Notes: generated from the sequence alone by a model not told the origin. 32,000 nucleotides of DNA from Candidatus Saccharimonadota bacterium (GCA_965227835.1 OZ245768.1:930001-962000), one strand, 5' to 3'. Shown: positions 15,545 to 25,067, numbered from the stretch's first letter. Numbers and translations: made by a program.

Positions 15545-15776
15545 TCAACAGATGGCTTTAGCCATTTGTCCTAGCTCTTCAACAGAGAGATTTAGTCATA
15601 TATCATATATCTTCAACACAGAGCTTTTGCTCTTTGCCCTAACCATTCAACAGATGGCTTTAGCCATTTTCTACTTGCCTTATCTGATAAGAAGAATTTA
15701 CTTTTCTCCCAACAGAGAACTTTAGATCTTTGTACTAGCTTATCAACAGATAGTTTTAGCTCTTTGAAAAAAACAA
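15545..15776 (+). repeat. Array of six palindrome-containing units with a 34-bp period (one 62-bp gap)
   Basis: Units start at 15545, 15579, 15613, 15647, 15709 and 15743. Consensus is TCAACAGAnnGCTTTAGCnnTTTG. The best copies contain the perfect palindrome ATGGCT-tt-AGCCAT. Confidence 0.85.
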
Positions 15777-15798
15777 TCTACTTCCTAGACAAGGGGTT

Positions 15799-15850
15799 TT
15801 AACCCCTTGCAAATCTAACCCCTTGCAAATTTTAACCTCTCGCAAAAATC
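15799..15850 (+). repeat. Three tandem ~17-bp repeats (TAACCCCTTGCAAAT-like), the first forming a hairpin with upstream CAAGGGG
   Basis: ttaaccccttgcaaatc / taaccccttgcaaattt / taacctctcgcaaaaatc. caaggggttttaaccccttg (15790-15809) is self-complementary. Confidence 0.75.
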
Positions 15851-15901
15851 ATTTTCCTATCAATACGGAACTAAAAACCTTCATCTCAGAATTCTAATGT
15901 T

Positions 15902-15910
15902 CCCCCCCCC
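15902..15910 (+). repeat. C9 homopolymer tract ~175 bp upstream of the PKD-protein gene
   Basis: gttCCCCCCCCCtc. It is the longest G/C homopolymer I saw in this very AT-rich window. Confidence 0.8.
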
Positions 15911-15961
15911 TCAAAAATTTAATCTTTTATAGGAGCATAACTCAAAGTTATTTTTGATAAA

Positions 15962-15993
15962 ATAATTAGACAAAATGTCTAATTATTTTTTTT
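15962..15993 (+). terminator. Hairpin plus T-run (terminator or operator) upstream of the PKD gene
   Basis: ATAATTAGACA-aaa-TGTCTAATTAT, followed by ttttttt. Confidence 0.5.
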
Positions 15994-16083
15994 GTTTATA
16001 TCTATTTTTTATGCTAATATTTACTTATATATATTGGTCTAGTTTTAAGACTAATTACTAAATTATTTTAATAAACAAAAAAC

Positions 16084-19083
16084 ATGTTTGATCCATCAAA
16101 AATAAACTTAGATTTAGAAGGCAATGAAGGTGAAAATACTCCTGAAGAAAGCAAAAAACAGGAGGAAACAATAATTAATGAACAAGATAATATAGATTCA
16201 TTAGAAAATAAAGAATTGGAAACCAAAATTGAAAACAAAGAGGAAAATCAAAACCAAGAAGAAAAAGAAAATGAGGTTTTAATAGATAATATAGATGAAG
16301 AAAAAGTGGAAGAAAAAAAAGAAAACTTAGATGTCTTTGAAGAAAAAGAAGTAAATGAAACAGAACAAAATCAAAACCAAAAACAAGAAGAAGATGAAGA
16401 AATAAAAAAAGAAAATAGGACTCCAAACGAAAATGAGTCTTCAAATCAAAATCAATCCCCGATACAAGATAAGATAGAAGAAAAAGAAGAAGAAAAAATT
16501 ATATTTGATATAAATATAAACTCTCTTGATTATTTAATGAAATACCTAGTATCAAAAGAATATGATTTTTTTGTACTAGAGCCAGAAGAAGACAAAATAA
16601 AAGTAAGCTTTAGAAAAGACAATTTAGAAAAAGAACTGAAATATATAAAATACCCTACCTATACAAATATATTGCTCAAAGCAAAAAGTCTCACAAAATT
16701 AAAAATAGAAGAAACAAACATAAGCCAAGAATGAACAGCTGAAGTATCTATGAACAAAAAAGTTTATAAAGCTTTATCAAAAACAGCACCAAGCACATCC
16801 TGAGAAAAATTATTTTTCAAAATGGCAAGTACAGAAAAAAAAGCAGAAACGAAAAAGAAAAAGGGGATGAGTTTTGGAAAAATGATGTCAATATTTTGAG
16901 GTTTATTTTTCACAGCAATATTGATTTGATGAGTATTTATATCAATAGTACTTTTCAACTCAAACTCCATATCTGACCTACAATTTTTCAATAATCTATG
17001 AGTAAACACAAATGCCATAAAAGATTTTGCAGCAAAAGTAGTAAATTGAGTTTTTGGAATGATACTTGTAGTTGAAATAATAATACTTTTTATCTTCTCA
17101 TACAAAGCACTTTTAACAAAAAAAGATTTTAAAAAAGATAAAATAACAAGAATAATAATATCTATGTTTTTCCTAGTTTTATCAGTAATAACCTTTATAA
17201 CTTGGATGTTTTTAGCTCAAAAAATTAACTCACTGAAAGGATTGAATTATTGAAAAGTTGAATTTTACGATAACTCCAAATATCTATCAGAACTATTTTG
17301 AGAACAATGATCAAAAATAAATATATCAGAAAAAATTATATGACCTATAAATATAAGATTCAACAACAAGGAATTTATCCAAAAACTAGTAGATGACTGA
17401 TTTTCTCCGCAATCCGTAACTTGGGTAATATGAAAAACAAAAAAAGAAGTAGCAGTAGAAGATTATGAAACAACATATGAATTTAGAGAAAAATGACTTA
17501 CAGATGTAAACCTTGTCATAAGTGGTACAAATATAAAATGAGAAATTGAAGAAATAGAAAAAAATATATGAAAAATAAATATTTCAAACACCGTAAAAAT
17601 AGAAGAGATAAAACTAGACAACGGATGATCAAAATTTGTATTTGATGCTTCTGATCTAAGGTCTCTTTGAAAAGTAAAATGGTATTATATACCTTCTTTG
17701 GAATGAAAAACAGATGATGAGATTAATAATATAGTGGCAAAATCTCTAAGTAAAGAAAAATTAGAATGATATAAATTTAATTCTAAAAATATATTTGAAT
17801 GAGAGGAGTATTATTGAATAAAAATAGTAAACTCTTCATGAGAACCAGAAGAGCTAGATAAATTATTTATTATATCAAAATGAGATAAAAATGAAGTATC
17901 ATGAGAAATAGAAAGTATAAATGATCCAAATGATGATAAAAAATATAGCTTTGTATTTAAAAACCCAGAAACAAATATATGAGAAGCATATATAAGCAAA
18001 TATGTTTGGAGAATACAGGATTTTGGTGATTCTGGTGAGGAAAACTATGTAGTTATAGAAAAAGATGCAAATCTAAGTAATTTAGAAAATTCAAGTAAGA
18101 TAAGCTATACTTTTAAAAAACAGTGAATACATAATGTAGTACTTGATATAATAGACTCTGATTGAAAAACACAAACTTTTACAGATAAAATAGAGATTAA
18201 AAAAAGCCTAGATTTACTTACAAAACTAAGCTTCAAAGTTGATAATAGAGAGTTGAAATATGGTGAAGACATTATATATGAAAGAGAAAATAATACTTAT
18301 TACCTAGAAAATATCCTTGCTCCAAGTTCTATAGAAATAGATGCTAATAAAATCAGAACTACGAGTTGAAGGTATGGATTAAAAACTGTAGAGTTTGATT
18401 TGGACAGTGATTGAAGTTTTGAAACGATAGAGAGAAAAACAAAATATGATTTAATCAAAGGTTGAATAAAAAGCTTTAAGGTGAAGTATAAATTTGTAAA
18501 CAAAAACATACAAGAAGAAATAATTGATATAGTTGAAACTATTCATATAACTTGAACAGATAGAGAAGCAATACTAGATTTAAAAATAATAAAGCCAAGT
18601 TCTTATGTACCTGTTATAGTGAAATTTGATGCATCAAATTCTAAGGTAAATTGAAAAGATATAGAGAAATTTATATTTGATTATGGAGATTGAACAGAGC
18701 CTGAGGAAAGGGATTCTATAAATAGCTGACGCAGGTATGTAGAGGCATGAGAATATGATATAAAGCTAAGTGTAGTTACTTCTGATTGATCAAAGTATGA
18801 TTTGAAGAAAAAGCTTATTTTGAGAAATAAACCTCAAAAGGCAGTAATAAGTACGAGTTTAAAAAAAGCTCCAGTTTATCAAACAATTGATTTTTCGGCT
18901 GAAAAGTCTATATGAGAAGTATGAAGTTATTTTTGGGATTTTTGAGATGGGAGTACATCCACTAAAATGTCTCATAGTCATTCTTATGATAAAGCTTGAA
19001 AATATAGTATAAAGCTAGAAATAGAGTTTAGTAACAAAAATATATTGAAAGATGAAATTGAAATGGAAATATATGAAGATTAG
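16084..19083 (+). CDS. Large membrane protein with an acidic low-complexity N-terminus, a GspE/PilB-N-like segment, 3 TM helices and multiple extracytoplasmic PKD domains, 999 aa
   Basis: An exact 3000-nt table-25 frame, checked line by line with no TAA/TAG. PKD signatures are FDASNSKVNGKDIEKFIFDYGDGTEPE...YVEAGEYDIKLSVVTSDG and IDFSAEKSIGEVGSYFWDFGDGSTS...HSYDKAGKYSIKLEI. TM segments lie at ~16885-16960, 17050-17103 and 17152-17217. Confidence 0.85.
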
Positions 19084-20170
19084 GAAATGTGAAAATTAAA
19101 TGAATTTGGTAATGGTCCTTTAGATAGGTACCACCAATTTTAGCAAGATTATCTAGGATAAGGACAGGGAAATTATTAAATTTTGTAGGAAGAATTATAT
19201 TACAACTTCTAAGTTTTTCAATAGGACTTAAACCGTTCATACCTATTCAAAAAGAAGGTCTATAATTATTATAAGTATAAATATATTTACTACTATGGTT
19301 TAAAAAATTAGGAAGAGATTTCATGCGATCAAGATAAGGTCTATATAATTCTTCATCATCAGTTCTATGAGATCTCTCTACAATTCATTGAAGATATTTT
19401 TTTCAAGCAGGAATACTCTTAAAACAGCAATTTATATTATTTAATATAGCATTCCACTGATTTTCCTTTCTCTTACTTCATCCACAAAAATCAGCAGGGC
19501 CATTATCTCATTGAAATTCCATATGATAATATATTCACATACTCCTAAGATATGTAGCTATAGTAAGTATAAACATAAGACCAAATTCAGAAGAAAGACT
19601 ATGAGAATAAGCTATAAATTTATATTTTGTTTTAGCACATATATATGTCCATTGATATAAAGGAAGATTATATTTTCTTAGTATAAAACAAAGTTCTCAT
19701 AAAGCTTCAAAATCTTCTATATGCTTTGTATCTACTTGACCATACTCAAAGGGAAGAATATTTTGATAATCGTATAGAGGTTTACTATCTCATTTTCTAC
19801 GAGAATAATGATGCTTTTTTACTTTGTTTCTTTTTAGTATATTTCATATAGTAGAGGAAGAGAATGTTATTCCATATCTGAGGAATAAATACTTTGCTAG
19901 ACGTACTCTTCAATATTTTGTTTTATTTCGTTCTTGTAATACAAGTCATTCTAAATCAGAAGATGTTTTTTTATTATGAGGAGTCTTAGGAGCTCTTGAT
20001 ATATTTTCTATAGGACCATCTCTACTTCTTCTTACTGTTTTACGAGAACATCATAATATATAAGCTGTTTTACTTACGTTTCCTTTGTTTTCTTCAAGTA
20101 TCGACCTCGCGAGGATTCTTGCTGATTCTACTCCTTGCTTAGTACACATTTTTTCATATAATCATTTCAT
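19028..20170 (-). CDS. IS481-type DDE transposase (HTH + integrase core), 380 aa
   Basis: The HTH is ...NVSKTAYILGCSRKTVRRSRD. The catalytic triad context is YGQVDTKHI, EFQGDNGPADF and IVERSHRTDDEE. It is a 1143-nt table-25 frame. The ORF has no stop inside the IS and reads through the left IR into flanking DNA, ending at TAA 19028-19030, antisense to the last 56 nt of the PKD gene. Confidence 0.8.
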
Positions 20171-20285
20171 AAGAGGTTTGGGATTATAAAATAAAATTTT
20201 TTACAAAATCTATTATATCCTCATCCTCTTTTTTACACAATTCCATATCAATAAATAGTGGTACCTATCTACTGGTACAGATAAT
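19108..20285 (-). mobile_element. IS481-like (rve/DDE) insertion sequence, ~1.18 kb
   Basis: Imperfect terminal IRs share TAGATAGGTACCAC (19121-19134) and GTGGTACCTATCTA (20258-20271). The element is flanked by a perfect 15-bp direct repeat AAATTAAATGAATTT (19093-19107 and 20286-20300). Confidence 0.8.
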
Positions 20286-20304
20286 AAATTAAATGAATTT
20301 TTTC

Positions 20305-20332
20305 TTGACTTATATGTAATAATTTATATAAT
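20305..20332 (+). promoter_or_regulatory. Cassette promoter 1 (TTGACT-16-TATAAT)
   Basis: TTGACT at 20305-20310 and TATAAT at 20327-20332. The conserved leader ttattaacttttccaatttttcaaaaAGGAGtttttt leads to ATG 20378. Confidence 0.65.
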
Positions 20333-20377
20333 ATAGACTCTTATTAACTTTTCCAATTTTTCAAAAAGGAGTTTTTT

Positions 20378-20839
20378 ATGGAAAAAAATGATTCGGGTTA
20401 TGATCCTATAAAAATTTTTTTTATTTCAATTCTTTTTATTATTGCCCTTATGCCGCTTATAATTTCTATAAATGCGAAAGAACAAAATGCAAATAAGTTT
20501 CTAGAACATTATGGGGTAAAAATAGATATTTTAAATTCAACCATAAGAATTAGATCAACTTTGGTTTTAGAAAGTTTTGGTAATTCTTTCCCCCATTATG
20601 ATTATGATGGATATAGCCAAACTCATCTAGCAGATATTGATCTTTCGTATGAGGAAAAAGAAATTGTAATTGGATCTTTAGCTCAAAATTTCCCTTCTAA
20701 TACTAAGCTAAGTTTTTTAAATTTTCCAGAAAATGAAAAAGGAGAACTTTTATCAATTATAAATGAAAATTTTCCTAATCATTACGAAAGTATAGATTTT
20801 GTTTATAGTAGAGAAGAGGATAAATATCCTAGCTTTTAA
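20378..20839 (+). CDS. Cassette protein 1: small membrane-anchored protein, 153 aa, TGA-free
   Basis: SD AAGGAG lies 6 nt upstream. The N-terminal TM is IKIFFISILFIIALMPLIISI. The C-terminal motif ENEKGELLSIINENFPNHYESIDFVY is shared with the 21060 and 22650 products. The stop is TAA. Confidence 0.7.
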   Translation: MEKNDSGYDPIKIFFISILFIIALMPLIISINAKEQNANKFLEHYGVKIDILNSTIRIRSTLVLESFGNSFPHYDYDGYSQTHLADIDLSYEEKEIVIGSLAQNFPSNTKLSFLNFPENEKGELLSIINENFPNHYESIDFVYSREEDKYPSF

Positions 20840-20893
20840 CATTTAAAAACTAAAAAGGAGCTATAAAAAATTGAGATTTTTAGAAAAAATCTC

Positions 20894-21068
20894 ACGAGAG
20901 AGCCAGCTTTGCTGGCTCTCTTTTCTTATTTTTTAATATTATGTTTTAGAATTAAATAAAAAACTTAAGATTTCAAGATTTTTTCTTGACTTATTTTAAA
21001 ATATTATTATAATATATAGTACTTATTAAGTTTTCCAATTTTTCAAAAAGGAGTTTCTTATGGAAAAA
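20894..21068 (+). repeat. 175-bp terminator-promoter-leader-ATG module, copy 1 (near-identical to 21500-21675)
   Basis: acGAGAGAGCCAGCtttGCTGGCTCTCTtttcttattttttaatattatgttttagaattaaataaaaaacttaagatttcaagattttttcTTGACTtattttaaaa...TATAATatatag.acttattaa.ttttccaatttttcaaaaAGGAGttt.ttATGgaaaaa. It contains the terminator hairpin 20896-20921 plus T-run, and promoter 20986-21013. Confidence 0.9.
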
Positions 21069-21494
21069 TTTAATGTGCCTGTGCTAAAATATATGAAAAA
21101 AGGCATTATATCTTTAGTACTTTTGGTATTTACTTATTGGGGATATACATTTTTTGATAAACTGCCTGACTCTCCGATTGAATTCATGGGTGTTCCTCTT
21201 GTTATTATTGTATGTATTTGGTTTCTTTTAGGAAATTCCAAAAAAAATTCAGCTTTAATTGCTTGCTTATTTTTATTAGCTTTTGCAATTTTTGGTATGA
21301 AAAATTCAATATCAAAACAAAGTGAACTAAATGAAATATTACAAGCATACAATGTATCTGGAGATTTTTATAGTAATGGAATACTTAAGGTTTTCTCAGT
21401 AAATAGTGAGCTTTCGTCTCAAAGAAAAGGAGAAATCAAACAAATTTTAGGAGGCATATATCCTAGTCATGAAATAGTATTTGTGACTAAATAG
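21060..21494 (+). CDS. Cassette protein 2: small integral membrane protein (3 predicted TM), 144 aa, TGA-free
   Basis: The SD is AAGGAG. TM segments are GIISLVLLVFTYWGYTFF, MGVPLVIIVCIWFLLG and ALIACLFLLAFAIFGM. The C-terminal domain YNVSGDFYSNGILKVFSVNSELSSQRKGEIKQILGGIYPSHEIVFV is shared with the 22650 product. The stop is TAG. Confidence 0.7.
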   Translation: MEKFNVPVLKYMKKGIISLVLLVFTYWGYTFFDKLPDSPIEFMGVPLVIIVCIWFLLGNSKKNSALIACLFLLAFAIFGMKNSISKQSELNEILQAYNVSGDFYSNGILKVFSVNSELSSQRKGEIKQILGGIYPSHEIVFVTK

Positions 21495-21499
21495 GATAT

Positions 21500-21675
21500 A
21501 CGAGAGAGCCAGCTTTGCTGGCTCTCTTTTCTTATTTTTTAATATTATGTTTTAGAATTAAATAAAAAACTTAAGATTTCAAGATTTTTTCTTGACTTAT
21601 TTTAAAAATATTATTATAATATATAGCACTTATTAACTTTTCCAATTTTTCAAAAAGGAGTTTTTTATGGAAAAA
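21500..21675 (+). repeat. Terminator-promoter-leader-ATG module, copy 2
   Basis: It differs from 20894-21068 by a few substitutions and one extra A. It has the terminator hairpin 21502-21527, TTGACT 21592-21597 and TATAAT 21615-21620. Confidence 0.9.
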
Positions 21676-21690
21676 GTAAAAAAGTTTTAG
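21667..21690 (+). pseudogene. Remnant of a third cassette gene (MEKVKKF-stop)
   Basis: It has the same promoter, leader and ATG-GAA-AAA start as cassettes 1 and 2. The frame stops after 7 codons, immediately before the IS200-like element. Confidence 0.6.
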
Positions 21691-21694
21691 CTTT

Positions 21695-22370
21695 TCTTCT
21701 ACCCCGGCCTGAAGGCACGGGGCTTTTATTTGTACTGAAATTTAAAGCTCTATCTCTTCAATCTTATTCTCTTCTTCTCACTGTTGTTCCACATAATTAG
21801 ATATTATTTCTCAATTTATCTCTCATACACTAGATACAAAATATCATACTCACCATATATTTCATGTCTTCCAATACCATCTCTTAATTTCTTTGTAAAA
21901 ATACCTCTTTATTGCCTTAGAACTTTCTCACTTTATATGTCATACTATTGTAGATATTGGTTTAGTTAACGGTATCCTACAATACATATGTACATGATCT
22001 TCTTCCATTCATATCTTTATTATTATTACTCATAGCTTTTTACTTATTCATCTTATGATCTTTTCCAATCTATCTTGTATCTCTTTTTCATGAATGGATT
22101 TCTGTATTTTGTTATCCATACTATATGGTATCTGACATCATATGTCGCATGACTACTTTTTTGGTATTTCATTCTCTCTAGTGTTAGTTTTTAACACTAT
22201 TTTATTTATTCTATTGATTTTTTACACTTTTTTCTTTAGAATCGGCCTGAAGGCAACGGGGTTTAAAACCCTATGTCACAACACATCTCATTTATTCAAT
22301 TTCTATCACTTACACCTTCGGTGTCTTAACTATCTAAAGATAGGGGTTTTTATCCCGATGTGTTGAAATT
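21695..22370 (-). mobile_element. Second IS200/IS605-family element (a different lineage from 619-1235), inserted in cassette 3
   Basis: It contains a Y1 transposase gene and structured ends. These are CCCCG-gcctgaaggca-CGGGG (21702-21722), a second ggcctgaaggca at 22244-22255, CAACACATC...GATGTGTTG (22279-22366) enclosing ACACC-ttc-GGTGT, and CTATCT-aa-AGATAG. The boundaries are approximate. Confidence 0.7.
21742..22172 (-). pseudogene. tnpA: IS200-type tnpA with a frameshift
   Basis: Frame a reads MKYQKSSHATYDVRYHIVWITKYR and then stops early. Frame b continues ...KSIHEKEIQDRLEKIIRGISKKLGVIIIKIGMEEDHVHMYCRIPLTKPISTIVGHIKGESSKAIKRYF...WKTGNIWGVGYFVSSVGEINGEIISNYVEQQ. The total of 431 nt is one nt short of a multiple of 3, and the shift is near 22095 (agaaatcc). 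A sequencing error is possible. Confidence 0.75.
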
Positions 22371-22649
22371 AAGTCAATAATCTTTCCTGTAATTTTGCTT
22401 TTAGGTACATTTGCTTATATTTATCTCAAAACTACCCACTTTTTATAAAAAGTATACCTATATTTTACTTTAAATAAAGGGAAATTAAGCTATTTTTAGT
22501 GTTTTATCTTTAGTATTTTATAAATGACTTATTTAAGCTAACTTTATCTTTATAAAATTCAATCAATATAAAATCTCTGTTTTTACTTATATAAAGGTAA
22601 AAAATAAAATATAAAATACAAAAAACTGGGTAGATTTAAGATTTATAGT

Positions 22650-22865
22650 TTGTCATATATTGATAAAAGTGTTTCAAAATATGTAGAAGATTTACTAAAT
22701 GAATATGATATTTCTGCATCATACAATCCTGGAAAAGGTATTATTAGTATACATATGAAAGATTCTAATCTTTCTGACAAACAAAAAGGTGAAATTATAA
22801 ACATTTTGAATGATGAATACCCAAAAAGGGGTGTATTATTTAAAAATGCTAGGTTGAAAAGGTAA
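22650..22865 (+). CDS. Cassette-family domain-only ORF, 71 aa, probably the 3' remnant of a decayed cassette gene
   Basis: The only start is TTG, with no SD or promoter module upstream. It encodes YDISASYNPGKGIISIHMKDSNLSDKQKGEIINILNDEYPKRGVLF, homologous to the C-terminus of the 21060 product. A cassette-type terminator follows. Confidence 0.4.
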   Translation: MSYIDKSVSKYVEDLLNEYDISASYNPGKGIISIHMKDSNLSDKQKGEIINILNDEYPKRGVLFKNARLKR

Positions 22866-22882
22866 CCAAAATCGTTTTTTAA

Positions 22883-22915
22883 AAGAGAGCCAACAAAGTT
22901 GGCTCTCTTTTCTTG
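22883..22915 (+). terminator. Cassette-type terminator variant
   Basis: AAGAGAGCCAAC-aaa-GTTGGCTCTCTT, followed by ttcttgattttt. Compare GAGAGCCAGC-ttt-GCTGGCTCTC in the other cassettes. Confidence 0.8.
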
Positions 22916-23023
22916 ATTTTTAATTGATTCTTAGTTATTCAAAAAAATTTTTGTAATTAACTCTTTATTGTTATTATTATTTTAATTCCTAAAATACAAA
23001 TTTTAATCTTTAAATATAAAAAA

Positions 23024-23923
<900 letters not shown>

Positions 23924-23927
23924 AAAA

Positions 23928-25022
23928 ATGATTAAAAAAATATCCTTAACTCAAGCAATACAATCCATATTCTTTGTAGTTATAATAATAGTTTTTTCAT
24001 TGGTATTTTGAAAAAACTACTTAGAAAACTACGAAAAAAACATTACCGAGAAAATATCAAAAGAAGATTTAGACATAAGAATTGAATCATTTGAATTATC
24101 CAAAATAAGAGACTTAGAAGAAACATATTTTAAATATACTCCCGATAAAAAAGTCCTTGATGAAATAGTAGAGAAAATAGATAATTCTAAAAAAAGAGTA
24201 TATATAGAGGTATACATGATCACTGAAAATAGGATAAAACAATCTTTAAAAAAGGCTAAAGATAGATGAGTAGATGTAAAAATATTACTAGAGAGAAATC
24301 CTTACAAAGCTAATAATATAAACAATAAACATTACAGCTTCTTAGAAAAAAGTTGAATAGAAATAAAATGGTCTAACCCTGACAAATTTAGTTTAAACCA
24401 TTCAAAATTATTAATAATAGATGATGAGGCCGTAGTATCCACAGGAAACTTAACATATTCAAGTTTTACTTTCAACAGAGATATGTTTCTTTTTTTGAAA
24501 GATAAAGAAATAGTAAAAACTCTTTTAAATATATTTGAAAAAGACTTTTGATTTTCACTAGATATTGAAAACAAAAAAATAAAAGAAGAAAAAATAAAAA
24601 GTATTTATAGCCATAATTTGGTAGTATCTCCTGAATATTCAAGAGTAAAAATTGAAAAAATGTTTTTACAAGCAGAAAAAAACATAAAAATGTATTTTCA
24701 ATACCTAAGTGATCAAGAACTAACAGACATATTGATAGAGAAATCCAAAAAAGGAGTAGAAATAGAGATAATTATAGACAAAACATTTTATGATGAGCAG
24801 AAAGAAAAGATAGAGAAATTAGAGGAATATTGAATAAAGATAGAAAAACTAGAAAAAATAAAAATGCATTCTAAAGCAATATTAACAGATGGAAAATATC
24901 TATTTATATGAAGTATAAATTTTTCTAAATATAGTTTAGACAAAAATAGAGAAGTTTGAATATTACTAACAAACAAAGAAATAATAAAAGATTTTGAAAA
25001 TCTTTTTGAAAAAGACTCTTAA
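23928..25022 (+). CDS. Phospholipase D / cardiolipin-synthase-like protein with two HKD motifs and an N-terminal TM, 364 aa
   Basis: LNHSKLLIIDDEAVVSTGNLTYSSF and KMHSKAILTDGKYLFIGSINFSKYS. It is a 1095-nt table-25 frame. The TM segment is IQSIFFVVIIIVFSLVF. Confidence 0.8.
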
Positions 25023-25067
25023 GGAGAAACTGAAAATTAAGATTCTGTGTGAGAAATGATTTTTTTG

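Noticed and set aside
15545-15776. A CRISPR array interpretation of the 34-bp periodic repeats (and of the 60-bp LRR repeats).
   Set aside because: The period is far too short (about 24-bp repeat plus 10-bp 'spacer'), the repeats are degenerate, and no cas genes are present. The 60-bp repeats are coding.
16175-18509. Minus-strand ORFs 16175-16444, 16764-17105, 17811-17999 and 18300-18509, and plus-strand fragment 17059-17253.
   Set aside because: They are shadows or sub-fragments of the single 3000-nt PKD-protein frame.
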